Assembly (NCBI GenBank): GCA_027064885.1
Contig: JAMOOZ010000064.1
Location: forward strand, 1-55,488
DNA length: 55,488 nucleotides
Direction: 5' to 3'
DNA from: Desulfurococcales archaeon
Lineage (GTDB): Archaea; Thermoproteota; Thermoprotei_A; Sulfolobales; NBVN01
Shown here: positions 9,113 to 18,540 of the stretch, in pieces
Numbering within the stretch: the stretch's first letter is position 1
How the letters are laid out: every line of letters starts with the position of its first letter
Notes under the pieces: generated by a model
Databases searched by the model: none
Seen by the model: the letters and a program-made list of their open reading frames with translations, nothing else
What the model was told of the DNA's origin: nothing
Translations under genes and position numbers: made by a program

Positions 9113-9757
9113 TTAAGTAACCCTCATACCGTTCCTAAGGGCTATGTTAATAGCCGCTAATATGTCATCATCCTTTACAGTCAACTTCCTTAATACCATT
9201 TTGGGAGCTTCCACGGATGTCCGACTTTCATCAACTAGATATGCGATATATCCCATTCTCAAGAGTCCCTCTAATATTTCGCCAACAACATTATCCACGT
9301 CATTGATTTCCGGGAGTCCTACTTTAACTATTACCTTACGAGGCTCCACAAAATCCACTAATTCTTTTAATCTCTGAAAGAAATCTTCGGGTTCACGCAC
9401 CTTACCCACGTTAACTAGTTCCTTATCAGCAAACACGGCAAAAGCAATATTAGCCCCTAAATCTACACCAACCATTAGTACAGAAGCTTTTCTTATACCT
9501 GCGACCTCTGAAACTATGTTCTTCACATTATCATTAGCTACGAGATATGCTGTATTTGAATTTATTTCGTAGTGTTCTAAACACTCATCGTCTATAATGA
9601 TTATATCAGCTGACACCTTAGTTTCTGAGCTACCGGGAACCGAGTAAGTTAAACCTAGCTCATCTGCTAACTTAACAAATTTCCTCATTAGCCTCGGATC
9701 GCATATCACAGCCTTAATGTTCCGGGATCTTGGGATCCTCAACTTTCGGCCTCTCAC
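9113..9757 (-). CDS. Hypothetical protein with a C-terminal YqgF/RuvX-like RNase H-fold nuclease signature
   Basis: VGVDLGANIAFAVF ... VIVKVGLPE ... YLVDESRTSVEA ... DDDILAAINIAL follows the order of YqgF motifs (D-x-G, GLP, DE-x-TS, D-x-AA). The N-terminal ~95 aa are unassigned. Confidence 0.45.
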   Translation of the reverse strand: MRGRKLRIPRSRNIKAVICDPRLMRKFVKLADELGLTYSVPGSSETKVSADIIIIDDECLEHYEINSNTAYLVANDNVKNIVSEVAGIRKASVLMVGVDLGANIAFAVFADKELVNVGKVREPEDFFQRLKELVDFVEPRKVIVKVGLPEINDVDNVVGEILEGLLRMGYIAYLVDESRTSVEAPKMVLRKLTVKDDDILAAINIALRNGMRVT

Positions 9758-9801
9758 GGTGGGTTTTATTTTTACACGCTAATAAGTTACCTCGACAGTC
9801 A

Positions 9802-10434
9802 ATGGCGTTGACATGGAAAGAGCTCACTAGGTTGTTGATGGGGCACCTCACGGTGCTATATGGTGTTGCTGGCTCAGGTAAGACTAACATAGCGATGCAA
9901 CTCATGGAGGTTATCTGTAGGGATCTTGCTGACAATGAAGCATGCTACTTCATAAGTACGGAAGGGCCTCATTACCTTAACCTGCTTAGAAGGTATGACC
10001 TAGGACCTCGATGTTTCTTGGCAAATGCGGTGAGCGGAGAACATCTCCTTAAACTAATTTTCGACGTACTCTTGTCAGGCTTTCGTGTGAAGTACCTAGC
10101 TATTGATTCAATCAACAACTTCTACAGAGCTGAAGTTCTAAGGTCAAGGTATGCTAACGTATTGTTCAATACTATCCTTGCGCTGCTTTCTCAAATAGTT
10201 CACCAGGATAAAGCCCTAGTACTTGTTACTGCTCAAGTACGCACCGCACTTACGGGCAAGGAAGAAATTAGTGGCGACGCTCTCATATCGTATTGGAGCG
10301 ACTTAGTGATTAAGTGTGAAAGAATAGGGCCCGGTAAGGGTGTGCTTATATTTAGCTATCCAGACTCATGGGCTGGTAAGAGAGTGAAATTCGAGGTGGG
10401 TGATGAAGGTGTTAAGCTGGCTGACGATATTTGA
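9802..10434 (+). CDS. RadA paralog / KaiC-like RecA-superfamily ATPase
   Basis: Walker A LYGVAGSGKTNIAMQL and Walker B-like YLAIDSI. Start trimmed to the ATG at 9802. Confidence 0.7.
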   Translation: MALTWKELTRLLMGHLTVLYGVAGSGKTNIAMQLMEVICRDLADNEACYFISTEGPHYLNLLRRYDLGPRCFLANAVSGEHLLKLIFDVLLSGFRVKYLAIDSINNFYRAEVLRSRYANVLFNTILALLSQIVHQDKALVLVTAQVRTALTGKEEISGDALISYWSDLVIKCERIGPGKGVLIFSYPDSWAGKRVKFEVGDEGVKLADDI

Positions 10435-10957
10435 GCATGCGCTCCTACGTTCCGTGTTCCTATTTCTGCCAGCAATGGTTGCTAACGCTATGCCTGTAGT
10501 CGCTAGTGGAATTATACGCAAGAAACATCCGCTAGATTTTGGCTTAAGGTTTGTTGATGGAAAGAGACTGTTAGGCAAGAATAAGTCTATCGAGGGCTTT
10601 GTTGCAGGAATTACTGGAGGTCTTCTCATAGGATGCATTTATACACTAGTGACTCATAATCATGGATGGATTACATATGGAGTTGTATCTGGCATCGGCG
10701 CAATGGTCGGAGACTCCTTAAACTCCTTTGTGAAGCGGCGCTTAAACATACGTTCAGGAGATCCTTTCATACCTATGGATCAATTGAGTTTTATTCTCGT
10801 TACTTACGTCCTGGTAACCGCACTCAGAGTTAATGACGCCGTGGGTATAGAGGTGTCTTTAGTGGATTTAGCTATGGGGGTATACATAGTTATGGTTTTG
10901 CATCCCCTCACAAATCTTATAGCTTACTTCCTAAAGCTAAAAGATACACCATTGTAA
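10400..10957 (+). CDS. carS: CDP-archaeol synthase (DUF46 family)
   Basis: Multi-TM protein with LPAMVANAMPV, GKNKSIEGFVAG and SFVKRRL motifs characteristic of CarS. Confidence 0.75.
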   Translation: MMKVLSWLTIFEHALLRSVFLFLPAMVANAMPVVASGIIRKKHPLDFGLRFVDGKRLLGKNKSIEGFVAGITGGLLIGCIYTLVTHNHGWITYGVVSGIGAMVGDSLNSFVKRRLNIRSGDPFIPMDQLSFILVTYVLVTALRVNDAVGIEVSLVDLAMGVYIVMVLHPLTNLIAYFLKLKDTPL

Positions 10958-10977
10958 ATCCGTCAATCTAAAATGGC

Positions 10978-11157
10978 TTAGTCTATATCCTTTATATTGG
11001 TGCTTAATTCTCGTAATATTATCCTATACTTTACGTACTTGTCTTGCGGGGAGAATCGAGGAGGATGTGCTACCTTAGTATTTATCTTACAAACAGGACA
11101 CGCTTCCCTTAAGGTGTACCTGCCACACCTAGGACATTTCTTGAGTAGAAACTTCAT
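10978..11157 (-). CDS. nop10: H/ACA RNP protein Nop10
   Basis: Hand translation of a 59-codon ORF missing from the track: MKFLLKKCPRCGRYTLREACPVCKINTKVAHPPRFSPQDKYVKYRIILRE... Its ATG overlaps the aIF2-alpha stop (TAATG). Confidence 0.85.
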   Translation of the reverse strand: MKFLLKKCPRCGRYTLREACPVCKINTKVAHPPRFSPQDKYVKYRIILRELSTNIKDID

Positions 11158-11957
11158 TAGCTTTTCTCCCTCTCGTAAGCGAAGACCATATTGAAGCGTT
11201 TCGCGTAATTCTCTACATTATGTATATACTCGGATAGCACTCTCTCTGCTTTCTTGTAATCCGATGAGATGACCTCCACCCTATACCTAGGTGCTCCAAT
11301 AGTATAGACTCTCACGTTAGTATCTGGTGGAATCTCAATTTTCTTCAGTGGCGCTGTGAAGGCCATTCTTATGCGCTCAACACCATCTGGTGCTGTACTT
11401 ATCAGTGCTATGAGCCCCCTTATCTTAACGCGTTTTATACGTATGTGCTTCCGTATCTCCTCTATTAGCACCGGAATCCATTCCTCCGGCACGCCTGCTT
11501 CACGTAATGCACCTTCTCCACGATACGCCGCTTCTTCGAAACCGTAGAATATTTCCCCGTAGTAGTCCTCTAGCTTCCACCCTACATCTCTGTAGGCATC
11601 GTCAAGAGTTTTCCCAAGTTTCTTGGCCACAATCTCAAGCATTTTCTCAGCTCTCTGTGCTCTCCTAAACTCTAGCATTTTCCTTCTTTGTTCTGACGCG
11701 TTAACTCTTTTTAGGGAAACATCTATGTGTCCGCGACGTCTATCAACACGTATTACTTTAACAACTACCTTCTGACCTTCTCTCAGGAAGTCATGTATGT
11801 CCTTCACCCATTTGGAACTTACTTCTGACCAAGGTAGGTATGCCTCGTGATTATTATACTCGTCCAGGCTAAGATATGCGCCGTAATCAAAGATCTTCTT
11901 AACTGTTCCTATGACTAGTTCCCCAACTCTTGGCATGGGCTTACGCTTCCTTACCAT
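11157..11957 (-). CDS. eif2a: Translation initiation factor aIF2 alpha subunit
   Basis: S1 domain: PRVGELVIGTVKKIFDYGAYLSLDEY...EAYLPWSEVS. The ORF extends to 11975. A TTAATATAA box at 11992-12000 lies too close to that ATG, which favours the ATG at 11957 (MVRKRK). Confidence 0.9.
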   Translation of the reverse strand: MVRKRKPMPRVGELVIGTVKKIFDYGAYLSLDEYNNHEAYLPWSEVSSKWVKDIHDFLREGQKVVVKVIRVDRRRGHIDVSLKRVNASEQRRKMLEFRRAQRAEKMLEIVAKKLGKTLDDAYRDVGWKLEDYYGEIFYGFEEAAYRGEGALREAGVPEEWIPVLIEEIRKHIRIKRVKIRGLIALISTAPDGVERIRMAFTAPLKKIEIPPDTNVRVYTIGAPRYRVEVISSDYKKAERVLSEYIHNVENYAKRFNMVFAYEREKS

Positions 11958-12083
11958 GGTATTCACCGCCTGCATACTATATGCTGACCGCTTAATATAA
12001 GTGAGGCTATCACCTACTAGAGAATCATGTTAATACTTAAACCCAATTATAAGTCGTTAGAATGATCTTAGATATATCTTATC

Positions 12084-12281
12084 CTATCCCAAGATCTTAA
12101 CAATATCCCCTAGGATCTTCGCTTTGCCGCCAGTAGGTTCTACAAGGATCGTTCCGCAGACTAAACACCTTGCAGGGAAGGTTGCATGGTCGAACACTAT
12201 TTGCTCATTACCGCAGGATGGACACTTCACTTTCACGAACCTTGACTTGGGCATTGGTATTAGGATCTTGCGCTTCCTCAT
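12084..12281 (-). CDS. rps27e: Ribosomal protein eS27
   Basis: [32 protein letters not shown] zinc ribbon; 65 aa. Confidence 0.9.
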   Translation of the reverse strand: MRKRKILIPMPKSRFVKVKCPSCGNEQIVFDHATFPARCLVCGTILVEPTGGKAKILGDIVKILG

Positions 12282-12568
12282 CTCCTAACAACCTCCACTA
12301 ACTCTGCCTTCTTTAACCGTATACCCTTCCTGTGGCTTACGTATCCACACTGAGAACACTTGAGCTTCAACACGACTTTCTTCGTGACCTTAGCCATCCT
12401 CTTCTGTTCGGGCTTCCTTTTACTACCGTACCCCTTATTCTTCCTCTCATACCTGCGCTGACCCTCAGCCAATGCCCTTCTTTTCCCGGCCTTGTAGATC
12501 ATTACACTATGTACTGTGTGCGCCTTACACCGAGGGCAATATGTTCTTATCTTCTTCGGGATTTTCAT
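12278..12568 (-). CDS. rpl44e: Ribosomal protein eL42 (L44e)
   Basis: [22 protein letters not shown] ... KCSQCG. It overlaps rps27e by 4 nt. Confidence 0.9.
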   Translation of the reverse strand: MKIPKKIRTYCPRCKAHTVHSVMIYKAGKRRALAEGQRRYERKNKGYGSKRKPEQKRMAKVTKKVVLKLKCSQCGYVSHRKGIRLKKAELVEVVRR

Positions 12569-12615
12569 AGTTCCTCACCACACCTGAATAGGGATTTAAT
12601 CCAGCCCTAAATAGT

Positions 12616-12900
12616 TTATCTTGTTCTTCTTCTCTTCCGCTCTTCCTCAGACCTGACCTTAACGATGCCCAGGAAGACAGCGCAACTCACGCAGTAGCAC
12701 TTCCTCACGGGGTATCTCGCTATTATCGCGCCTTTCTTCTCGAGTTCGGCAGCTAGCTGAGGATCTACAGGAGAGTACCATCTTGTCACACATATTGCCT
12801 TGTCTTCAGGCACCATGCGACCACACTGATCACACTGAATCATTCTCACGGAACCTTTGCCGCCTTTATGCCTACCCCTATTTTCACGTTTCTTGGGCAC
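12616..12900 (-). CDS. rps26e: Ribosomal protein eS26
   Basis: MPKKRENRGRHKGGKGSVRMIQCDQCGRMVPEDKAI ... CYCVSCAV is the typical S26e pattern. Confidence 0.85.
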   Translation of the reverse strand: MPKKRENRGRHKGGKGSVRMIQCDQCGRMVPEDKAICVTRWYSPVDPQLAAELEKKGAIIARYPVRKCYCVSCAVFLGIVKVRSEEERKRRRTR

Positions 12901-13001
12901 AACCCTGCACCTCTAGGTCTCTTTAGACCGTATATTTAATCTTTACTACACGTATAAAGTGCTATGGACTGTGTAAGTGCCCTTAGAAAAAGCTCCTTGC
13001 C

Positions 13002-14471
13002 TCAGTACTTCTTAGCATATCTCATTAGCGTCACGGCCGGCGCTCCACATGTAGGACATCTCATACCCCTAATATCTACGTCCTTATCAAGAGGTGTTCC
13101 TAGGGCATCTGCACCAAGCGCCTCAGCAACTTCACTGGCACATTCTTCCTTCCCGCACCACGGGATCTCGACTATCCCAACGTCCTGCTCGAAGAACTTC
13201 TTAGCGTCCTCCACGTCATTAAACATCTTTACTTTTGACTTGAACTTCTCCTGTGCCTGCCTCTTTAACTCTCTATCTATCTCCTTCCCTAGCTTCTTAA
13301 TGAAATCAGCAAGCTCCTCTATTTTCACACGCACTCTTACCTTCTTATCCCTCCTAAATACCGTGACGATCCTCTCCCGTAGTTCCTTAGGTCCTATCTC
13401 TAGCCTTATGGGTACGCCCTTCATTTCCCAGAAGTTGTACTTCTCGCCCGGCGTCCTATCCGGGTCGTCATCTACATGCGCCCTGATTCCCTCCTTTAGG
13501 AGCCTCCTACGCAAGGTGTGGGCTTCCTTAACCACCGCATCTTTCTCTTCATTCGACCCTGCGGGTATAGGTATGATCACGACCTGTATCGGCGCTATCT
13601 CATACAGAATTCTTAATCCTTTGGAGTCTCCGTGCACACTTATTAACGACGCTATCACTCGTTCCGAGACTCCATACGATGTTTGCCAGGCATAATCTAT
13701 TGACTGATCCCTTCTCTGAATTCTGACCTCGAATACCTTAGTGAATGTCTGGCCCAAGTTATGGACGGTCCCTATTTGAAGAGCCTTACCGTCAGGCATT
13801 AGCGTGTCGAACGCTATCGTGTATATGGCTCCAGCAAACTTATCCCACTCAGGCCTCTTTGATATGACGTATGGGATACCTAGTCTATCAAAGAACTCCT
13901 TATATGCCTCTATGGCCTCCAGTACCTGCCTCTCGCAATCATCGAAATCCTCATGCACCGTATGTGCCTCCTTGAACATCGTAACCTCCCGCACGCGCAG
14001 CATCGGGCGCGTTGCCTTAGTTTCGTACCTAAACATACTAACTATCTGGTAGTACTTCTTAGGCAACTGTTTATAGCTCTTAATCCAGAATGACTCCATG
14101 TAGGACAGAGGCGTCTCGCTTGTAGGCCTTAACGCTAGCTTCACGTCAAGTTCCTCAAAGCCGCCTCGCGTAACCCAGTACACTTGCCCCTCAAAACCAC
14201 GTATGTGCTCAGACTCCTTAGCCAGGATAAAATCAGGTATCAGTAACGGGAGAAGTATTTCCTCATGCCCTCTTGAATCGAGAACCTCTCTCAATAACTC
14301 AATAACATACCTTCTTAAACGGAATCCGTAAGGCATCCAAACACCCATACCCTTAACAGGGTACCTGCCGTAGTCGTAGATCTCTGCTGCCCCTATGATC
14401 CAGTCAAACCATCGTCCGAACTCCCTGCCCAGATCATTGTACACGAATCGCGTGCCTGGCAATACTAACAC
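13002..14471 (-). CDS. proS: Prolyl-tRNA synthetase (archaeal/eukaryotic type)
   Basis: Class II motifs (LRPTSETP, FRYE, GTVHNLGQ), C-terminal zinc-binding module CGKEEC...CPTCG, and a terminal Tyr. Confidence 0.9.
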   Translation of the reverse strand: MLVLPGTRFVYNDLGREFGRWFDWIIGAAEIYDYGRYPVKGMGVWMPYGFRLRRYVIELLREVLDSRGHEEILLPLLIPDFILAKESEHIRGFEGQVYWVTRGGFEELDVKLALRPTSETPLSYMESFWIKSYKQLPKKYYQIVSMFRYETKATRPMLRVREVTMFKEAHTVHEDFDDCERQVLEAIEAYKEFFDRLGIPYVISKRPEWDKFAGAIYTIAFDTLMPDGKALQIGTVHNLGQTFTKVFEVRIQRRDQSIDYAWQTSYGVSERVIASLISVHGDSKGLRILYEIAPIQVVIIPIPAGSNEEKDAVVKEAHTLRRRLLKEGIRAHVDDDPDRTPGEKYNFWEMKGVPIRLEIGPKELRERIVTVFRRDKKVRVRVKIEELADFIKKLGKEIDRELKRQAQEKFKSKVKMFNDVEDAKKFFEQDVGIVEIPWCGKEECASEVAEALGADALGTPLDKDVDIRGMRCPTCGAPAVTLMRYAKKY

Positions 14472-14528
14472 CTCCTACCTTAATGATGTAATCAAACACT
14501 ATTATTTAGTCTTGATGGTGGAGTAACC

Positions 14529-14536
14529 TTAATATA
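14529..14536 (+). promoter_or_regulatory. Candidate TATA box for tRNA-Asp
   Basis: TTAATATA ends 28 nt upstream of the mature tRNA 5' end. Confidence 0.3.
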
Positions 14537-14563
14537 CCCCTAACAAATTAGGGTCTTGGCAGT

Positions 14564-14656
14564 GCCGCGGTAGTATAGCCCGGCCCAGTATGCGGGCCTG
14601 TCGAGGACCCGCGCAGATAGCCCGTGACCCGGGTTCAAATCCCGGCCGCGGCGCCA
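14564..14656 (+). tRNA. tRNA-Asp (anticodon GUC) with a 15-nt intron after position 37; CCA encoded
   Basis: Acceptor GCCGCGG/CCGCGGC, anticodon stem CGGGC/GCCCG, loop CTGTCG|AGGACCCGCGCAGAT|A, T-arm CCGGGTTCAAATCCCGG, 3' GCCA. Confidence 0.85.
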
Positions 14657-14765
14657 TAATCATCTATATTATTAAGTTGATTTACGCTGAGATCTTAGCA
14701 TATTGGCCTGCATTGAAAACTATTTTTAAGCTCACACCTAAGGTAAGGTTTGAGGTGTCGATTAC

Positions 14766-15173
14766 ATGAGCACGATGTATGCTGAACTTGGGAGCTTGAA
14801 GGTAGGGAACTTCATTGTAATAAATGGTGAGCCATGCAGAATCGTTGAGATGAGTAAAGCTAAGACTGGTAAGCACGGTAGTGCTAAGGCACACGTAGTT
14901 GCTATAGGAATATTCACCGGAAACAAGAGAACTTTAGTTGCTCCCGTGAGCCAGAGGGTTGAAGTTCCAATAATTGACAAGAGGAACGCCCAAGTAATAG
15001 CGGTAACGGGGGACACCGTTCAGTTAATGGACCTTGAAACATATGAAACATTCGAGGTTGACATGCCAAGTGAGGAGGACATACGCGCGAAACTTGAACC
15101 TGGCGCCGAGGTCGAGTACTGGGTTGTGATGGGCAGAAGGAAAATCATGAGGGTACTTAAGGGAGTCAAATGA
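14766..15173 (+). CDS. eif5a: Translation initiation factor aIF5A
   Basis: [21 protein letters not shown] contains the hypusine-site TGKHG motif. TATTTTTAA lies at 14721-14729 and GAGGTG upstream of the ATG. Confidence 0.9.
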   Translation: MSTMYAELGSLKVGNFIVINGEPCRIVEMSKAKTGKHGSAKAHVVAIGIFTGNKRTLVAPVSQRVEVPIIDKRNAQVIAVTGDTVQLMDLETYETFEVDMPSEEDIRAKLEPGAEVEYWVVMGRRKIMRVLKGVK

Positions 15174-16507
15174 AGGGACTAGAGCGACTACGAAGCGCCG
15201 TAGCCAGCTTCCTGAAAGGAAAGGGAAAGTACGAGGAAGCCGTAAATCAGTTCATTAAAGAACTCCAGAAAACGCTAATCAGCGCCGATGTTAACGTACG
15301 TGTAGTACTGGAGCTAACGCGAAAAATCAAGGAACGCGCTCTAGAATCAGAGCCACCACCGGGAGTACTGAGGCGTGAGTGGTTCGTTAAGATAGTATAT
15401 GATAGCCTAGTCGAGCTTTTTGGGGGAGAGGCTCCCGAGATCCTGCCCAAAAAGCTACCATGGATTGTAATGTTAGTTGGAATTCAAGGAAGCGGTAAAA
15501 CCACTACAGCCGGAAAGCTAGCATACTTTTACAAGCGACGTGGATACAGGGTTGGGTTAATAACGACCGATACGTACCGTCCAGCGGCATACGATCAGCT
15601 CAAGCAACTAGCTGAACAAATAGGTGTTCCGTTTTACGGAGAACGTAATTCTCACGACCCCGTAGGCATCGCGAGACGAGGTGTAAAGAAGCTGCTTAGT
15701 GAAGGAGTGAACGTAATAATCGTTGACACTGCTGGGAGACATGGTTATGGAGAGGAAGAAGAATTACTTAGGGAGATGCGTGAGCTTGCCGACGCGATAG
15801 AACCTAATGAAGTAATTCTCGTTATTGATGCCTACCTAGGTCAGAAGGCCTACGACCTTGCTAGGAGGTTTCACGAAAGAACTCCCATAGGTTCAATAAT
15901 AATCACTAAGTTAGACGGTACCGCTAAGGGAGGCGGCGCTATATCTGCAGTCTCAGTAACTGGAGCCCGCATAAAGTTCATAGGGGACGGGGAGAAAATA
16001 GAGGATCTAGAGCCCTTCAGCCCTAGGAAATTCGTCGCTAGGTTACTTGGTCTAGGCGACCTAGAGACCCTGCTTGAGAAGTTTAGGGCTCTCGAAGAAA
16101 GCACTGAACTAGAGAAGCGTTTTGAGAAAGCAATACTAACTGGCAGACTTACACTACGCGATATGTACGCCCAGATTAAGTCACTAAAGAAGATGGGGCC
16201 GCTACGCAAGGTACTTCAGATGATCCCCGGTCTCGCTACGATGCCCTTAGACGACGAGAAGCTCAGACTGTCTGAAGAAAAGATGAATAAGTGGCTACAC
16301 ATTATGGAATCAATGACTTACGAAGAACTAGACAACCCATCAATAATCGATAGGCGGAGGATAAAGAGAATAGCCTTAGGCTCAGGCACTAGACCAGAGG
16401 ACGTGAGAGAACTTCTAGCATACTATGAAAACACTAGGAAAATGCTGAAGAACATTAAGAGGAAGAAAGGGATACTGAGGAAACTGGGGATAAAAGGTGG
16501 GTTCTAA
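15170..16507 (+). CDS. srp54: Signal recognition particle protein SRP54
   Basis: N/G domain motifs ([20 protein letters not shown]) and a Met-rich M domain. ATGA overlap with eif5a. Confidence 0.95.
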   Translation: MKGLERLRSAVASFLKGKGKYEEAVNQFIKELQKTLISADVNVRVVLELTRKIKERALESEPPPGVLRREWFVKIVYDSLVELFGGEAPEILPKKLPWIVMLVGIQGSGKTTTAGKLAYFYKRRGYRVGLITTDTYRPAAYDQLKQLAEQIGVPFYGERNSHDPVGIARRGVKKLLSEGVNVIIVDTAGRHGYGEEEELLREMRELADAIEPNEVILVIDAYLGQKAYDLARRFHERTPIGSIIITKLDGTAKGGGAISAVSVTGARIKFIGDGEKIEDLEPFSPRKFVARLLGLGDLETLLEKFRALEESTELEKRFEKAILTGRLTLRDMYAQIKSLKKMGPLRKVLQMIPGLATMPLDDEKLRLSEEKMNKWLHIMESMTYEELDNPSIIDRRRIKRIALGSGTRPEDVRELLAYYENTRKMLKNIKRKKGILRKLGIKGGF

Positions 16508-17828
16508 GGGCGAGAGGGACGAGTTACTTAGCAAGGCACTAGAGACACTATTAAGGATCCCCCTATGCGATAGGTGCTTAGGTAGGCTCTTCGCCAACTT
16601 AGGGAAAGGGCTCTCTAATGCAGAAAGGGGCAGAAGCATAAAAATCCTGCTTTCCATGGTACTTCATAGTAGGGCAAAGGCAGGTGATGAGGAAGCTAGA
16701 TCCTGTATACTTAAGCTAGCTAAGAACGCATGTTATCCCTTTACAGAGCTAGCACGTAGCTACTCTCGCCATGAGAACAAGGAAACCGAAGAACGCTGTG
16801 CACCATGCGCCATATGCAATAATGTCCTTGATCGTTTTATATCCGAAGTAGCATTAATTGCAGCTCAAGAACTCGAGAGTCTGGAGTCGAAATCCTTCGT
16901 TGTTGGGGTTAAGTCCGGCTCGGACATTGAGTTGAGGGAGCAGAACTTAGCAATGGACTTAGGCATAGAGCACTGGGAGTCCGTGTCAAGGGAACTTAAA
17001 AGGGAGGTCGGAAAGAGAATACAGTTATTGACAGGTATACAGCCGGACTTCAAGCATTACGATGCTGTAGTGCTTTTAGATTTAGACTCCCTATCCGTAA
17101 ATGTTCAACCACAACCCTTGTACATACTTGGCAATTACGTGAAGCTGGGCCGATTTATATCTCAAATGGAATGGCTAGGGGAAGGAGGGGCCAAGTACTA
17201 TGAACTATCTATTGAGGAGTCCTGCAGGAAGATCACACGAATATACAATGCAGAGGAACTAAAGCTTCACGCGGCTGGCAGGGAAGATGCTGACGCCCGT
17301 ATGCTGGGGTCTGGGAGGCCTCTCGTCCTGGAACTCAAAGTGCCGCGTAGAAGGGCTGTTAATTTGAAGGTCGCAGAGGTTGAAGCCTCAACTCCACCGT
17401 GGGTGATCATAAAGTTGAGTTCCTACGTACCGTATCGTGTAGTGCAGGAGATTAAGGAGAGGACCTCCCCTAAGGTATATAGAGTCATAGCATATTCTCC
17501 CTCAGGCCTTACTAAGGATGATCTCAATGCCTTAGAACGTAAGTTCAAAGACATCGAGATTCGTCAGAGAACGCCTCGGAGAGTACTCCGTCGCCGTGCT
17601 GATATTGAACGTGTAAGAAGGGTCTACGCTGTTAAGGGAAGAACCCTCGGGAAGTACACGTGTGAGATACTAGTCCATTGTGAGGGTGGGCTCTACGTTA
17701 AGGAGCTTGTACATGGGGATGAAGGCAGAACCTCACCCTCCTTCTCTGAGGTACTAGGAAAAGAATTGCATGTGCTTTATCTTGACGTGCTCACATATTG
17801 TAGCGACAAGGTCACGGGTAGCTGTTAG
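16497..17828 (+). CDS. pus10: tRNA pseudouridine synthase Pus10
   Basis: N-terminal zinc module (CDRCLGR ... CAPCAICN), a THUMP-like middle region, and a C-terminal catalytic region (GREDADARMLGSGRP). It overlaps srp54 by 11 nt. Confidence 0.8.
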   Translation: MGSKGERDELLSKALETLLRIPLCDRCLGRLFANLGKGLSNAERGRSIKILLSMVLHSRAKAGDEEARSCILKLAKNACYPFTELARSYSRHENKETEERCAPCAICNNVLDRFISEVALIAAQELESLESKSFVVGVKSGSDIELREQNLAMDLGIEHWESVSRELKREVGKRIQLLTGIQPDFKHYDAVVLLDLDSLSVNVQPQPLYILGNYVKLGRFISQMEWLGEGGAKYYELSIEESCRKITRIYNAEELKLHAAGREDADARMLGSGRPLVLELKVPRRRAVNLKVAEVEASTPPWVIIKLSSYVPYRVVQEIKERTSPKVYRVIAYSPSGLTKDDLNALERKFKDIEIRQRTPRRVLRRRADIERVRRVYAVKGRTLGKYTCEILVHCEGGLYVKELVHGDEGRTSPSFSEVLGKELHVLYLDVLTYCSDKVTGSC

Positions 17829-17870
17829 CTTTATCAATGTTTATAAGGCGGACGTACCAGTGAGTTTTAG

Positions 17871-18179
17871 GTGCTCGAAGTGGTTAAGGCATCAAGGGGA
17901 CCAAGAAACAGGACCAGGAAAGTATACAGAAAGAGAATAAGGGAACGCGGTGCTATACCGCCGCTAAGCCTAATAATGCATGAGTATAAGGAAGGCGATA
18001 AGGTGTACATAAAGCCCAACCCAGCAATCCATAACACGTTACCTCATAGGAGATATGTCGGGAAAGTAGGGACAATCATAGGCAAGCGGGGAAGAGCCTA
18101 TATCGTGGAGGTTTACCTAGGAAACAAGAGAAAGGAACTAATACTACTGCCTGAGCACTTAAGACCCGCACCTGCGTGA
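17871..18179 (+). CDS. rpl21e: Ribosomal protein eL21
   Basis: GPRNRTRKVYRK ... YKEGDKVYIKPNPAIHNTLPHRRYVGKVGTI. Confidence 0.9.
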   Translation: MLEVVKASRGPRNRTRKVYRKRIRERGAIPPLSLIMHEYKEGDKVYIKPNPAIHNTLPHRRYVGKVGTIIGKRGRAYIVEVYLGNKRKELILLPEHLRPAPA

Positions 18180-18189
18180 TGGGGGAGCC

Positions 18190-18525
18190 ATGAAGCTAAA
18201 AGAAGCACGTAATATACCCTACAGCACCGTGATGAAAGTATTGGAGGAGCTGGAGAGCACAGAGGTTGGTCTTAGTCAGTTAGCTTTGAGAGTTAAGGAT
18301 TATGTACGTAGATTCAACAAATGCGCTCGAGGGGAAGAACTCGTTAAGGCGCTCACTAAATTAGGGATAGACGAGGCAACAGCCGTAATGATTGCAAATA
18401 TCGTCCCCGAAACACCCGATGAGGTTAGGGTTATCTACGATAAAAAACCAGAACCACTAGATGAAGAAACAATTAAAAAGATATTAGACATAACTGCTTC
18501 TTATTGCGTAGAGCGTGAAGAGTGA
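18190..18525 (+). CDS. rpoF: RNA polymerase subunit Rpo4 (RpoF)
   Basis: 111 aa. The HRDC-like C-terminus LTKLGIDEATAVMIANIVPETPDEVRVIY and the position after rpl21e fit Rpo4. Confidence 0.7.
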   Translation: MKLKEARNIPYSTVMKVLEELESTEVGLSQLALRVKDYVRRFNKCARGEELVKALTKLGIDEATAVMIANIVPETPDEVRVIYDKKPEPLDEETIKKILDITASYCVEREE

Positions 18526-18540
18526 AGTAAATATTCATAG

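Noticed and set aside
10997-11194. The 65-aa plus-strand ORF from the track.
   Set aside because: It is antisense to the well-supported Nop10 gene and to the aIF2-alpha 3' end.
12964-13695. The 243-aa plus-strand ORF.
   Set aside because: It is a Ser/Leu-rich antisense shadow of the prolyl-tRNA synthetase gene and has no motifs.
15170-16660. Looked for an SRP RNA gene near srp54.
   Set aside because: The flanking sequence is fully coding (eif5a and pus10), and no GC-rich structured region is present.
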